Source: Trichoplax adhaerens (Eukaryota; Animalia; Placozoa). Taken from it: a DNA stretch of 64,000 nucleotides. The DNA lies in the NCBI RefSeq assembly GCF_000150275.1, contig NW_002060947.1, positions 5,802,604 through 5,866,603 of the forward strand, written 5' to 3'. Each line of letters starts with the position of its first letter. Position 1 is the first letter of the stretch. The translations under genes were made by a program, and so were the position numbers. The notes below the pieces were generated by a model. That model was not told where the DNA came from, searched no databases, and saw nothing but the letters and a program-made list of their open reading frames with translations. Positions 40,357 through 53,340 of the stretch are shown here, piece after piece.

Positions 40357-43300
40357 TTGAAAAATTTTGGCTGCAAACTAATCGAGACCAAACTCTATGT
40401 TATAATGTTCCTAATGTAACCTACGATTTTAACGATGCTCAAGCACATTGCCAACTATATGGAGGTAACTTAGCTATATTAGATGCTGCTAATAAGAGTG
40501 ATTCACTAACCGGAATCTACTATGGTAAACTTGGTCTTGACAAGAGTTTATGGATTGGATTAGTCAATATTCAGTCTAAGCATGCTAATATTACTCAATT
40601 TTGGATTAATGGTATAAAACCAACTTACACTAATTTTGCATATCCACCCGATGGTACTATTCAAGATTGTTATTTAATGGACGCAAATAGTACACATAAG
40701 TGGTTTCTCGAGTTATGTAGTAACCAGCATCACTTTCTTTGCCAAAAAGGTAATAAGATTCATGATTAAATTATTCAGACTATATTTATTAGCTAAAAAT
40801 TAAACCGAAATCATCCGAAATTACTCGTATTCTACCTGACATGACAAGATATTATATGGATTGCTCTTACTATAAATTTTAGGATTTATATAATATGTAA
40901 TTTAGAGAAAACTGTCCTTAAAATAATAGTAAATCACCAAAAATTGCAGAATTTACATAACAGTCAATACAGGCCAATTTCAATATATCTGATAAAATTA
41001 AATTGTACGTTCTATATGGCGGAATATTCAGCATGCAATATAACACATGAAAACGGAATTCAACCTATAACAAATTTTTATATTAGGAGTGTGTCACAAA
41101 ACAGCTTTGCAACAAGGTAACGTAATGTACGATCAATAAGTTAATTCCTTGAACTACGTATCAAGAAACGATATCTGCACTATCACAAATACTTTTGCTC
41201 TACTGGCAGATTACACAAATACTTAGACGCCTCGTATTTTACGTTAAATACCAAGTTTGAGAATCCACTTTATTACACGATATACTGCATTTATATACCC
41301 TTCCTTAATAGTTCATGAGTCATAGTTAGTACGATTAACTTTGGAATCATTTACTGAATTAGATATTAATTTTAGCTACTGCTCCCTTAATGCAGATAAC
41401 AGTATTTACGAACATAGATATCTGATGACTAATACAGAATAGTCAGATTACGATATGTCCTATCACGGAACATTTCCACGATATTTTACAATCTACCATA
41501 AGTAAGTCATAATCGCAATGATTCGAACTGTAAGTAGATGATTTGCTTTCCCTATTATAACTGTTAATTTCAGTATGTATATATGTGTCACTGTCATAAA
41601 ATGTCAGTGTTACATTAAAAAACGGTATATCCAAATTAGAAGTTAACTAAATAAGGATAGTCTAACAGAATTATCCTAACATAGATATTTCTACTCTAAT
41701 ACAGTATATAACACTGTTACAGGGTGGCATGGAAAATATGAGTCAGGCTTATTTTTGTAATTTTTTTAGATCTTAAGAACGAAATATAAGATATTTTGCT
41801 TGATAATCAAGAAAGGTCCATATAATTTCATCATTTAAACCATTTTAATGCAAACTTTCTATTTCAAAACAGTTTTGCGATAAGATAACATAATTTACGG
41901 CCAACAAGTCACATCCTTAAATCACATGTTAGGGACAATGTCTACATAATCGTGAACACTTTTCCTCTGCTAGCGAGCAACGTAAAGACTTAGATGGCTT
42001 ACAGTTTACGTTAAGTTTAAACCTTAAGAAATCTATTTATTGCACAATATATCATATTTATATGCTCTTTTACAATAGTTCAGGCGACCTAGAAAGTACT
42101 GTTAAATTTAAAGCTCTCCAAAGCATTAGAGACTAATTTTATCTACTGCTACCTAATGAAGGTACTAGCATTTAGAGACATAGACGTCTAATGACTAATA
42201 CAAGGTAATCAGATTATACCATGTTCATAAACGGAATATTTTTAAACTCATCTACAATCTAGCATTAGTTAGTTACAGTCATAGTGATTCGAATCGTAAG
42301 TTGATTATTCTCAAATCCCTTATATAGCTATTAATTTGGCTATGTATAAATATCAGTCATTTATCACTGTCTTACAAAAAGCCAATACTACATTAAAGCA
42401 CAATATATCAGAATTAGAATCTGACTAAATAAGATAACAAAATTATCTCGTCTTTAACAATTACTCATGTAGTTCTGGTTATGGCATATTTGTTGATATT
42501 AAACTAATTTTTAACCTAACATATTACTTATACTTGTGACTCTACATGGTACCGTAAAGATAGAACTTTTATTACCACAGACACATCTACAAATTTTCAC
42601 CACAGAGCTAAACCCAAAGGTTTGTGTTTATATAGAAACTTTCTAATTTGTAAGCAAGAACTCTACTAATATTATAACTTACTAGGAGAGACATCTCGAG
42701 CTGAGTTGTTCCTTAAATAGCTTTTCTATCAGTAAATATTTTTAATCTCTTACGCGTGATTAATCTTAATCTAAGCGTGCGTATTGTCTAATTTAACTAT
42801 CAATAGCTAGAACTTGAAACGATCAATGTCAAACGTGCAATAAACTATCACAAATAATATCCACATTAAGGCATTACTCATCCTCCAATCTCTACAATAT
42901 GGATATGTTTCCATATTAGCTACTACTATACGTATTAAACTACCTTAGCGGTAAAGTAACACCGTAACAGATATCTTCGTCTGATGCCTGATATGTTCAA
43001 ATCATTTTAAAGTTTAAATGTATGACAGTACCAAACCTTGCTAATTTAGTAATATCATTTATGTGAAGTAAGATGAACTTTGACAGAAGTAAGACAAAAT
43101 TTTTAAATTTTCTTAATTAAAAGACTATGTAGATTGCTGATAAAAATCTATATCAATGCATTAAATCTTTATAAATCTAATTACTTTGGTTCTAAGTTAT
43201 CGGTTTAAAGATTTTTAACTTACATTATTTAGCTATTTTAATAATTTATATGCGATAAGCAATAGGAATACAAGAAATACGTATAATCTCAACCGATTAA

Positions 43301-44828
43301 TAACAATAGCTCGAATCGATTAATTTGATGGCTTCTATAACTTATTATTTATTAACAGCGGTCGGATTTAAAGATTGACTAAGATTTACCACTGATACGT
43401 AACTCCTCTTTTTAAAGTTTTACTTTTCTATTTAATTTTAGACTGTGATTACGATATTGAATATAGGAATCGTGGCTTTACTTTCTATGAAGATTTTCAA
43501 AATTGGACAAATTCGAGAAAGTCCTGCATTGATAAAGGAGGAGATCTCGCGATTATTAATAATGCCGAATTAGCAACAGTATTTGATAGTTACTATCATG
43601 GAAAGACGATGTACATCGGCTTACGTGATCTTTATGATTTCAATATTTCCACACAATTTGTTTGGGTTGATGGTACGATGGCTAGCTCTTATACCAATTG
43701 GTTAAATGGTGTTAGCTTTATTTATGATTGCGTGATACAAATTTATATGCCAATCATCTATTACAGCTTTCGTTGGATATCATTACCGTGCAACTATACA
43801 TTATTTAGACTCTGTGAAAAACGTAAGATTAGATTTTTCAAATCCATGTTAGATGTAATGCATGTATAGATATTAGAGTATTCACGCCTTTCGTATATGC
43901 ATCTTATAAATCAGTCAGTAGAACTACGACATCGTAATGGATGAATATTTGCAGCTTATATTTAGATATCTTTTCTATTTTTAGCTTTAAATACATCTAC
44001 AAACTTGAATTCCGATAATCCGTTTTTGGTATCGTCGAGTCTACATTATTTTTATTCTAGGCAACAATCATCGTTTCCCACCATCGATAAGAACATAGGT
44101 AATATGAGGTAATTGCTTGTATATTTAACATGCTTCTATTGTGAGTAATAATTTCATGTTTTATCTCAATTTTACTTTGTCAAAATTAAGACAAACTTAA
44201 AATTGATAGATTAGCATCATTTATAGTATAAGATTGGTTAGGTAGCATGTCGGGAATCTTCAAAATAGTATAATTAAATTTGGTGCTGATCTAGTGATCG
44301 TAGGTGGTAGTGAGTTAAATGAATGTTATTAATGATATCTTAGTTACATTTATATTTTTTAATGAAATGTAATCTACGTACGGGTAAATATTCACTACTT
44401 CAGTAACGGATAATTAAACAGTTACTAGTTTATCTATTTATTTCTGCTTATTAATCGTTACTAAACTGGAATAGTTTGGTGCAAAATAGCTGCGAAAATA
44501 GCGTACGAGATTACCTAGACTTTAATATTTTCATTTTTAAAGCAGATTATTGTATTCAACACTGAAATATATCTGATGTAAAGGATATAGCGATACCAGT
44601 TCTAATTATCTTTTGGGATTTTTTTCTACTTTCGATGTAGTTAAAGATACATATATATATGCGACTTGGGATAATGAGCTTCAAGTGCAGGTAATAGATT
44701 CCTTTAGTGGTATCTCTCGTCATCAGTGTTCCATACGCTGCTCACTTAATAATTTTTGCCAAAATTTTAGTTTTAATCAAACTAGCGCTCTGAATTTCGA
44801 GTCTACTCTTTGTACACTGTATACTTGA
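40357..44828 (+). CDS. Unit 7: C-type lectin/PAN gene (domain exons intact, leader exons unresolved)
   Basis: Exons 40357-40749 (CTLD1 EKFWLQT...WIGL...FLCQK), 43442-43822 (CTLD2 DCDYDIEYRNRGF...YIGLRD...LCEK), 43985-44098 (linker) and 44641-44828 (PAN CSIRCSLNNFCQNFSF...CTLYT*) are all open and phase 1. Candidate leader exons at ~40085-40242 do not give a clean frame. Confidence 0.82.
41420..42440. repeat. Degenerate direct repeat in unit 7 intron (41420-41660 vs 42185-42440; short related piece at ~19958-20005)
   Basis: Shared TGACTAATACA...TCAGATTA...ATGT...ACGGAA...TACAATCTA...TGATTCGAA...AATTAGAA...ACTAAATAAG. Confidence 0.6.
42548..42969 (-). mobile_element. Truncated family E solo-LTR-like element (inverted relative of 49560-50110)
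   Basis: The minus strand starts TGTTACGGTGTT and shares GTAAGAGATT...ATTTACTGATAGAAAAGCTA...CCTAGTAAG...TATATAAAC...AATAAAAGTT with 49560-50110. The 3' terminus was not found. Confidence 0.7.
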
Positions 44829-44839
44829 TTCTATGTATG

Positions 44840-45269
44840 TGTCACGGTACGAACTACCGTGAAGAAATAGTTATCTAAATTTGGTTAATATAATATAGTG
44901 ATAATATATTACATCTAGTTCCTTACAATAGGAATTACTCTAATTATAAATGTGTTACAGTAAATTTATTGCTGTAATGTGTGCTGAAATGATTCTGTGA
45001 ATGGACATATTGTAGTCCGACTGTGAAAAACTAGTTAGTAGACGTTCTCACCCAAGTATTTTATAAGATGACTTGTGAATGTTAGCTGCTGTAGAAGGGT
45101 ATATAAGCCCGTCAGATAGTTGAATAAAGCAGTTCTCAATTGTCTAGTTGAGTTTAACGTATAATCAAAGGCTTCTAAATTCTTGTGAGTAGGGATACTG
45201 GATCCCGGAGACTATAGTAATTTAGAGATTTGTTTTACGTTATCTTTGTCACGAAGCTGGTTTGTGACA
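44840..45269 (+). mobile_element. Solo-LTR-like element, family C
   Basis: TGTCAC...GTGACA ends, 5-bp TSD GTATG, TATATAA 45100-45106, AATAAA 45123-45128. A near-identical copy lies at 54313-54753. Confidence 0.88.
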
Positions 45270-45335
45270 GTATGTTAGCCATAATTTCTTTAGCACAATA
45301 TTATTGTATATGTATACCATGAATTAGTATAGTTA

Positions 45336-45921
45336 TGTCACAACCCTCACTTGTGGCAAAGGTAAGTAAAGAACTCTAGTGTAGTTACTTAAAACTTGGG
45401 CTATTTCTCCCAGTACTTTCAGTTTCTATGAGAGAAGTATTTGAGAACTCGATTTCTCGGCTGATCTCCACAGACAACTGACTAATTATTACACTATTCT
45501 TCACGATATGAGTCTTGCCGTTCTGAGCAATTACTTTCTTTATTCTACAAACACACGCGCTTAAATAGGTTTCTACAGTGAATTCCAATATTAACGAGTG
45601 AGAATTCATGCTTTACAAGTTACATTAATTAGTATAATACCATTACTAAATATACATGCCGATATTCTCAGACTTAGATAGCTACAAGCTGTCAGGTGTT
45701 AAGACGCTTAACCTTCATCCATATACAGCTCAATTTTTAGAGATTAACATACCTTATAAACCTACAGTAAATTAACTGCTAACAACTTCTATTTTTATCT
45801 CATTTCTACCATCCTATTATCAGCTACAAGCGCATTAAAACATAGCACATAACCTTATCTTATCTATTCATAAGCATTCATTAATTTACAGTTACTTAAT
45901 TAGTAACGGCGTACCGTGACA
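45336..45921 (-). mobile_element. Solo-LTR-like element, family D
   Basis: TGTCAC...GTGACA ends and 5-bp TSD AGTTA. The minus strand begins TGTCACGGTAC like family C, with TATTTAA followed ~20 nt later by AATAAA (~45567-45539). Confidence 0.85.
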
Positions 45922-48900
45922 AGTTATAGGATTGATTACGAAGACGTAGTAACTTTGAAATTAACGAGTAATTCATGAATTAATCAATTCTAGAAACAAC
46001 GTTATGAATTGAGTACAACTCTAACGATTACAAAGCTTATACTATGCAATTCTATATTAATATTCTTTTTAAAATCATTTTGAATATATCAAAAGAAATA
46101 TTTCTGTTGATTTTGTGAATAGTTTTGAGTATACTCGTACATAAATTTCTTAATATCTAATTAAGATCTATATCCTTGTAACTATGCTGATATAAAAAGT
46201 AAAGCAACGATATTGGAATTTCCTGTCATTTTAATAAATTAGTATTATTATTGGTACTTTTCTAAAGCTATTTATACTCAATTCAAGACATCCCAACAAA
46301 GTACAAGTCTGTATAATAATTCTGATGCATCAACTGCTGAAGCAGCCTCACATCTACATTGCTGAATAATTCATTTATGCGTTTCACATATATGAATATA
46401 ATGTACTGTTAATAAAGCATAAGTTGACGTTAATTAGACCTATAAATAAAATCATTTTAATTTTTTATATAACTGTTATTAGAAAGGATTTAATAGCGTA
46501 TAATTACTTTAGTTAGCTAAGAGATAGTATGATAAGAGTATCAATTCACATCTATAAGCTAAACTATAGTAAGCACTACAATAGTTTAGTGAAATATACT
46601 GTCAAAGATATTGAGGTGCTAATTATAATATATAAAGTTTAGTTGCAGCCTATCAGAATTTCAAAGTCGTAATTTATAATTAATTAGTTGTTTTGTTATA
46701 ATTATTCGTCACAATTTCACTTAGGAACTACATTAGATCTCAATGATTGTACTTAGAAAGATAGATAATGGATTTTTAGCTTACGGTGAACTAAGCATTT
46801 AATGAAATGGAAAAAAATGTCGGTATTAATAAATTAAACTGAGCACTCTCGCAATTCTGAATAACTATGTAACTATAGATTAAAAGTGTATGGGTAATGC
46901 ACGATGCCTAAATAATGTTCAATATATTAACATAACGGTCATTAAAATTTTATTTTTTATAAGTAATACGCAAAAATTTTATAATTTCATCACATAATAA
47001 TACGTAAGTAGCTGCTTCAGCTAGTTATTATTAGATATTTTCGAATTATAATGTATTTTAAGCGACTATAAAATTTCCATATTCTATCGACATGTTTAAA
47101 AAGAAATTTACAAATGTTGTGACTTTTGTAAGTACGATGCCTTGCATACACACAATTTAATCTTAGAAATACGATAGTATCTCCAACCACAGCTCAGATT
47201 GGTGTTTATTTCTAGTATTGAAAATTTGCTATTCATTAGATGATGAAATTCTCTATAAAATTATTACTATAAGTTATCTCAATTTTATTCTTTAAGTTAC
47301 GTTTAAATGTGGATCTTTTCATGTTGTCATTTCATGAAGTACTTTTGTTCTTCCTTGGGGCGTATCTATACTTAGTTTGCCTTCAGTGAGTAAGTACGAA
47401 AGATATTAACACATCGCTCAGTTTAGACCAAGGCATGCATATGTAGTAAAAGGACTAAAAGTAGAGTCCTTTGTAGTTTTTAGTATGTAATTAGTATTAT
47501 TTTACTATACAAAATACCTACAAAGTGATAGTGTCTTTAAGTTTTACCCTGCCAAATCATCATGTCGCCATCTTTTCTTCTTCATTATTTTACAAGGTAT
47601 TATATAGATTACTATAGAAGTAGCCCTATAGAGCAAATGCCTAATCTAAAGAAAGGGCGTTTGATCGTCTATTCAAATTGTAAAGAAATTTGACTTAGTA
47701 GCAAAACCCTATCCTTAGAGAAAGGGGATTTATAACATGACGATAAAGTACTGTAATGTAGTCTATACTCGTACAGTTACAGTACAATCTGACGCTAAAA
47801 CATCAACTGTCAATACTCGCGAATACTAAGCGGTACTAATGTCAGAAAAGTAGTCGTAGTAGTCATATAAATTTTTTTGATAAGCGATTACTGTGATCTT
47901 CATAAAAAGCGAATTTTTCCGGATTTGTGTCCGATATAGTTTTCGGATTCTGGGACCGGTCGGGTTTGTGTCCGATATAATTTTCCTTTCTGTTTTATTT
48001 TTGGATTTTTGTTCATGAAAAATATCGTAAGAGTTGATTTTTGAGATTTGGACTTTTTGTTATAAATTTGAAACTTTGGAATTTTATGACGTGACTTGAA
48101 GTCACATTAGGAGATTTAGTGAGGAAAATAGAAAATAAGATGGAAATTGGCAGAGGTTGTGTTGATTGTTAGGTAGTTAGAATGTTGTTTTTATGACTAA
48201 ATCTTGATGTTTAAAGGTTGATTTTTAGATTTTTATAGTGTATTAATGATAGAAATTATGTTAGAAATGAAGTTTGATGTATTTTTATAGTTAGCTTATT
48301 ACTTTTATAGTGTTTTGTAAGGGAATCGTAGGGTAAATTGTGTCTGAACTTTGAATGATTTTTGTTTTCTTAAATGGTGCAAAGTAGTTTTGTAAAACGG
48401 ATCTTAAGAGCGATTGGTTAGCAAATGTTTAGTTTTAAATACCTCTGACGGCTCTACGAAGCCTATAAATGATAGTGCAATTAGAAAATTTAGGGAGAGA
48501 GTAGAAGAAGATGTTATTTGAAGAACTTGTTGAATTTTAAAGGCCTTCGGGGTCGAATTGTCGTAAGTTAAAACGTTCTTCTTTTTGAAAGGTTGTTTGG
48601 TCGTTGACAGTTTTTAAGTCTGTCATTTATTTTAATAATACTTAAAGCTAAGTATTTGTAAGGTTGTTCGGTTTATACTTCTCTCCATTTTTGTTTTGAT
48701 ATAAATTGTTGTTCGGTTATTTCCCCAAATTTTATTTGGTGTCAAAGTATTAGCGTTAAGTCGACCGGAGTGCAACGAAAGTAGAATCAAAGTTTGTTAA
48801 AGTTTCGTAGCTTGATCTCTACACATTTCATTTCATTACACATAAAATCAAACCCATCCAGTAGTCAACTAGTATGACACATCCGAAATTTATCTCTTGT

Positions 48901-48973
48901 TTTATTTCGATTAAAATTCAAAAGCTGACCAGGTCTTTAAAATTCATATTGTATTAATCCAAAATTTATAAAG

Positions 48974-51812
48974 TTAAGAAATTTTGGCTTCAAATCAGCA
49001 TTACAAATCCTGCATGATACCATGTTGCTGATTTACAGTTTACCTTTAGTGAAGCTCGATTTTATTATCAATATCACGGTCGTGATTTAGCCATACTCAA
49101 TTTGGAGGAAAGCTTACATCATTTGGAAATAAGTTTTTCATAAGCTTGGTTTAAAAAGCAACGTTTGGATTGGGTTAAAAATGAAAATTTGACCGGTTAT
49201 AACAATAGACAAATTTGGATTAATGGGACTGTCCCTACATATACTAACTACTTGTAAGCACCCAATGGAAGTGTAGAAGATTGCTATCTTATGCGATATA
49301 CCCATCCATATTCATGGTATAAAAGCCCCTGCAGTTCTACTGAATACTTTATTTGTGAAAAAAAGTAATTTACTTTTCTGGCCGATGATGTTTTACTTGG
49401 ACTGTTATTATACCACTTAATTAAAGTCCATTCTCTATAATAATATAAAATATATGATTATATTGCGCCCAAATTTCATATGTGAAATGTATTTTTACTC
49501 GTAAGTTAATATTCATACAGAACTTAATTAAAATTTAATAGCTCTATGAAGTAACTAATTGTTACGGTGTTGCCTTGTCATTAGGATAGTTTAATAAGTA
49601 CAGTAGTAGCTAGTATGAAGAATATCCATACTTGTAGTGCTAGGTAAGATAAGTAATGCCTTAACGCGGATGTCGTTTGTAATAGTTCATTACATATTTG
49701 ATATTGATTGTTATTGTGTGATAGATAGCAGTAAGATGATTCAAACTCTAGTTGATGATAGTTGAATTGGACAACCTACGAGCTTAGATTAAGATTAAGT
49801 ATGAGTAAGAGATTCAAAACATTTACTGATAGAAAAGCTATGTAAGGAACATCTCAGTTCGAGATGTTTCACCTAGTAAGGTATAATAAATAATACTGTT
49901 GTTGTTTACAAATTATACGGTTCCTATATAAACGGGAACATTTGAGTTGAGTGGCGTGGTAAAAAGTTGTAGATGTATCTTTGCTAATAAAAGTTTCATC
50001 TTTACAGTATTTTGCTGTGTGTGTTTAACGTTAAGTAAAAGGGGGTTTAAGTCTGTAGCTACTTATAGACTTACTGTACGTTACCTTGTCGCAGAAATGA
50101 AATTGTGACACTAATTTGCAAAATTCTTTTGTTATATTACTTAATTTATGGTATATTTATTTGATTAATTCAATAATACAGTAGATCCTTCTTCGGCATT
50201 CAGATAATAAGTACGTCATGATGGATACTTCTTGCAGACAATTGTAGATCGCAGTAAAATTAACTTTATTTCTCGCAACTTAAGTGTTTCATTATTGAAA
50301 AATTGTCATTACAATAACTTATATACAATATTTTAAAAAATTAATAATCTTGACCTTTTGCCTTAAAGCTTTAGTTTGCGATTTAGGTTCTATATTCAAT
50401 ATTAGATAAGCACAGTAATTCTTAGCCTTTTTTAAATTTATGACATAACGCTTAAATTAGCCTAAATAAATGCTGATTACATTAAGTTAAGAGAAATGCA
50501 TTTTTGTACTTCATGATCACTATATGTAAATGGTAAGCTTTAAGATTAAGCATTCAGTAATTTTGCATTCTCTATTAAATGTCTTAAATATTCGTCTAAA
50601 ATTGATTATCTATTTATCGCAGTGGATTGCTTTTTCACAGTCAAGAATGAGAATCGATTTTTTACCTATAGGACTGCTATTGACAATTACAATGAAAGTC
50701 AACTATGGTGTATTACTAATGGTAGTGATTTGGCGATCATTGATAATGAGGAACTAAGCATTATATTTAATGCTGTATTTTATTTTGGGATTATATTTGT
50801 TGGCTTAGTAGATGAGTACGGTTTAAACAATTATACGCAGTATGTCTGGGTAGACAATATTATAGCTAATACTTATATTAACTAGTATAATTTCCTCCTA
50901 CTTCCTGATGATGAATGCACTGTGCATGTACATTTGCATCCAATTTTTGATCCTATCAAATGGGTTCCATTGGCGAGCAAACTGCTACATCCTGCATTAT
51001 GCGAAGATAGCGAATACGGTATGTACAATCAGGTCCTGAAACGAAATCCAAATTATTTAAAATTTATCATAAGCAGGAAATGTTTGAATATTCATTTCTA
51101 TTATTTTTCAAATAGCTTTGTCACAGGTAGACATCAGCCATGAAAATGATAAGTCAAATTCCATTCTTTAATTTTGCATCTGAAAGCAATCAAACTTTAA
51201 AGCAGTTCTTGCAGGTAATAAGCTTTTATAAGCGATTGAAAGCTGGCTCTTTATAAATGGTATCTAGAAGCATGAATATTGTAATTCCTATAGTTGTTTT
51301 TAAGTAGCATGCATTATTACTAATAAATCTAGTCAATAAACTACTCATTATAAGTAAATTCCTGAAATTGTAACATTTTGGTTAATATACTTGTGGTATT
51401 AAAATTTACGGTTAGTGAGGTTTACTGCTACAGTACTCTCCAGCACTATTTTATTAAGTCAAGTATTGGTGAAATTGAAAAGTTCTAAATACTGCATCAT
51501 ACTAGAGTCCTCTTAATAAGTTTATACTGATGGGCATGATGACATGGGATTAAGATAACGACAACAAAACTGATAATGTTTCTTCAACATCTTTGTAGTC
51601 GAAGATATTATGTCTTGGCTTCATCGGCTACAAGCAATCAGACGACAGTCTCGACATCCATTCTAAAGATATCAATTAAAGGAATATCTTGTGTTTGTTG
51701 TTCAATATATTCTTCGTTAAACAAATTTTGTCGATGTTTAAGTTATAAGAATTATAATTTAATCGATTATAATATTAATACTCGCGTTCTTTTTCGATTT
51801 TGTCATGTTTAA
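48974..51812 (+). pseudogene. Unit 8: C-type lectin/PAN pseudogene
   Basis: CTLD1 48974-49364 (Cys>TGA at 49015, frameshifts, further stops), CTLD2 50623-51018 (Trp>TAG at 50883-50885), linker 51116-51214 (stops), PAN 51599-51812 (frameshift, lost cysteines). Confidence 0.88.
49560..50110 (+). mobile_element. Solo-LTR-like element, family E
   Basis: TGTTAC...GTGACA ends, 5-bp TSD CTAAT, TATATAAA 49925-49932, AATAAA 49986-49991. Confidence 0.85.
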
Positions 51813-52019
51813 ATAGATATTTAGATTTAGTTTACAGTAATATATTGCGACCAAAATTTAGTTTCACATTTTGATCACATTTATTACTTATAGAAACTGT
51901 ATAGAATTATTAAGCTTTTCCTGCTATTTATAATTTATGGAAGCCATAGCATAAAATCGTGCTATATTGAAAAAATTGAAAAATGAGTTCTTAGACAGTA
52001 AAATTGGATTAATCAATTG

Positions 52020-53340
52020 ATGATTACAGTCCAAGTATTACAATAAAATTTGGTAAATTTGAGTAAAAATTTACTATGGCAATATGCTTTAACAAAACTA
52101 AGTAAATAGATAAAATGAACTATTCGGAAGGGTACAGTTAATATTAAATAAACTAGACTTTGACTGTGTTAATTGAGGCGACTATCTTTCTATTGGAAAT
52201 AAATTTTACGGTTTACATTGGCTATAAATAAGGTCGTTTACGGTACAAGAATACAAATATAAGTGATATATTTTACCTATTTGGCCGCATATTTTCAAAG
52301 TTACCACTAAAGTACTTTAATTCGTCAGTTAAAATTCTGCAATGATAGTCATTATTAAAAATTTGCCATTGCAGTGTTGGAAATCGTTTGAATATTTCCT
52401 ATAGGATTTCTGAATTTATTAGGCCGTTTATATAATCGGTTTAGAGTTTCAAAATTCGAATTAGTATTACGACTTGGAAACCTAAGAGCATTTCCTAGGA
52501 AATTCATCATAGCTTCATTTGTATATTTTATAACGTGTATTCTCGATTCACGAAAATATGGTAGGATCAAAGTCGACAAGACAGTTAGATTTGATAGCAA
52601 CCTTGAAATGCTCATTAAATTACTCTATTTCACGATCGAAAATATTAATTAAATTCATCAAAATTACTGTAAGCGTCTATTTGCACCTAAAATACATGGC
52701 ATTCAAGCTAGATTATATTGAATTCTGGTAGTGCTAAATCATATTCATTTTGCAGCAACTCTTTTGCATTAAACTAGATAATCAGCTTATTTAGAGACTG
52801 CAATAGAGTACCAACTCTGATACTTTGTGATATAGTTAGTTCCAATATTGAAGATCGCATAAACGTATTTAATCTTATTTGAAAATGTTGAAAAGTGAAT
52901 TTGCTCGATTCGATAATGATATTGAGTATTCATAACAAAGTACAAACTAAACCGTTAAATATGTAACAAGGGAAGATACAGTGTACAATACTGCAATTAC
53001 AGCAGACATCATATCTATAGTACGAATTTTATTACCATTCAAGGGATATCATTAGCTTGAATAGTTAAGTACGGTATTTAGACTGAGCACTAAACATTGA
53101 AAAATTCAGATTGAAATTTGCAGATAAGTACTGCAAGTCACAAGATCATTTCTGCTCGCCTAATTACCTGAAGAAGATTAGCTCATCAATGTAATCTATT
53201 AGATTAATATTTCAACGTAAATTTCATAGTCGCAATCTTATAGAATACAGAGAGAAACAGTTATCCAACCAGGAAACTATTATAAACATAATCAAATATA
53301 TTTTACATTAAAATAAAATTAGCAGATAAATTTCTTGTCT
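52020..53340 (-). pseudogene. Decayed leucine-rich-repeat gene
   Basis: Minus-strand fragments across frameshifts: RNLSANFI, NLIDYIDELIF, DLQYLSANFN, SMFSAQSK..YLTIQANDI, PCYIFNGLV..ILNI, IHFSTFSN..NIGTNYITK, LQSLNKLII, LSNLTVLSTLIL, LYLYSC. These fit the extracellular LRR consensus LxxLxLxxNxIxxIxxxxFxxL. Confidence 0.5.

Noticed and set aside
45385-45609. 74-aa ORF inside the family D element as a retroelement protein
   Set aside because: It lies within a 586-bp LTR-like unit and has no gag, RT or integrase motif.
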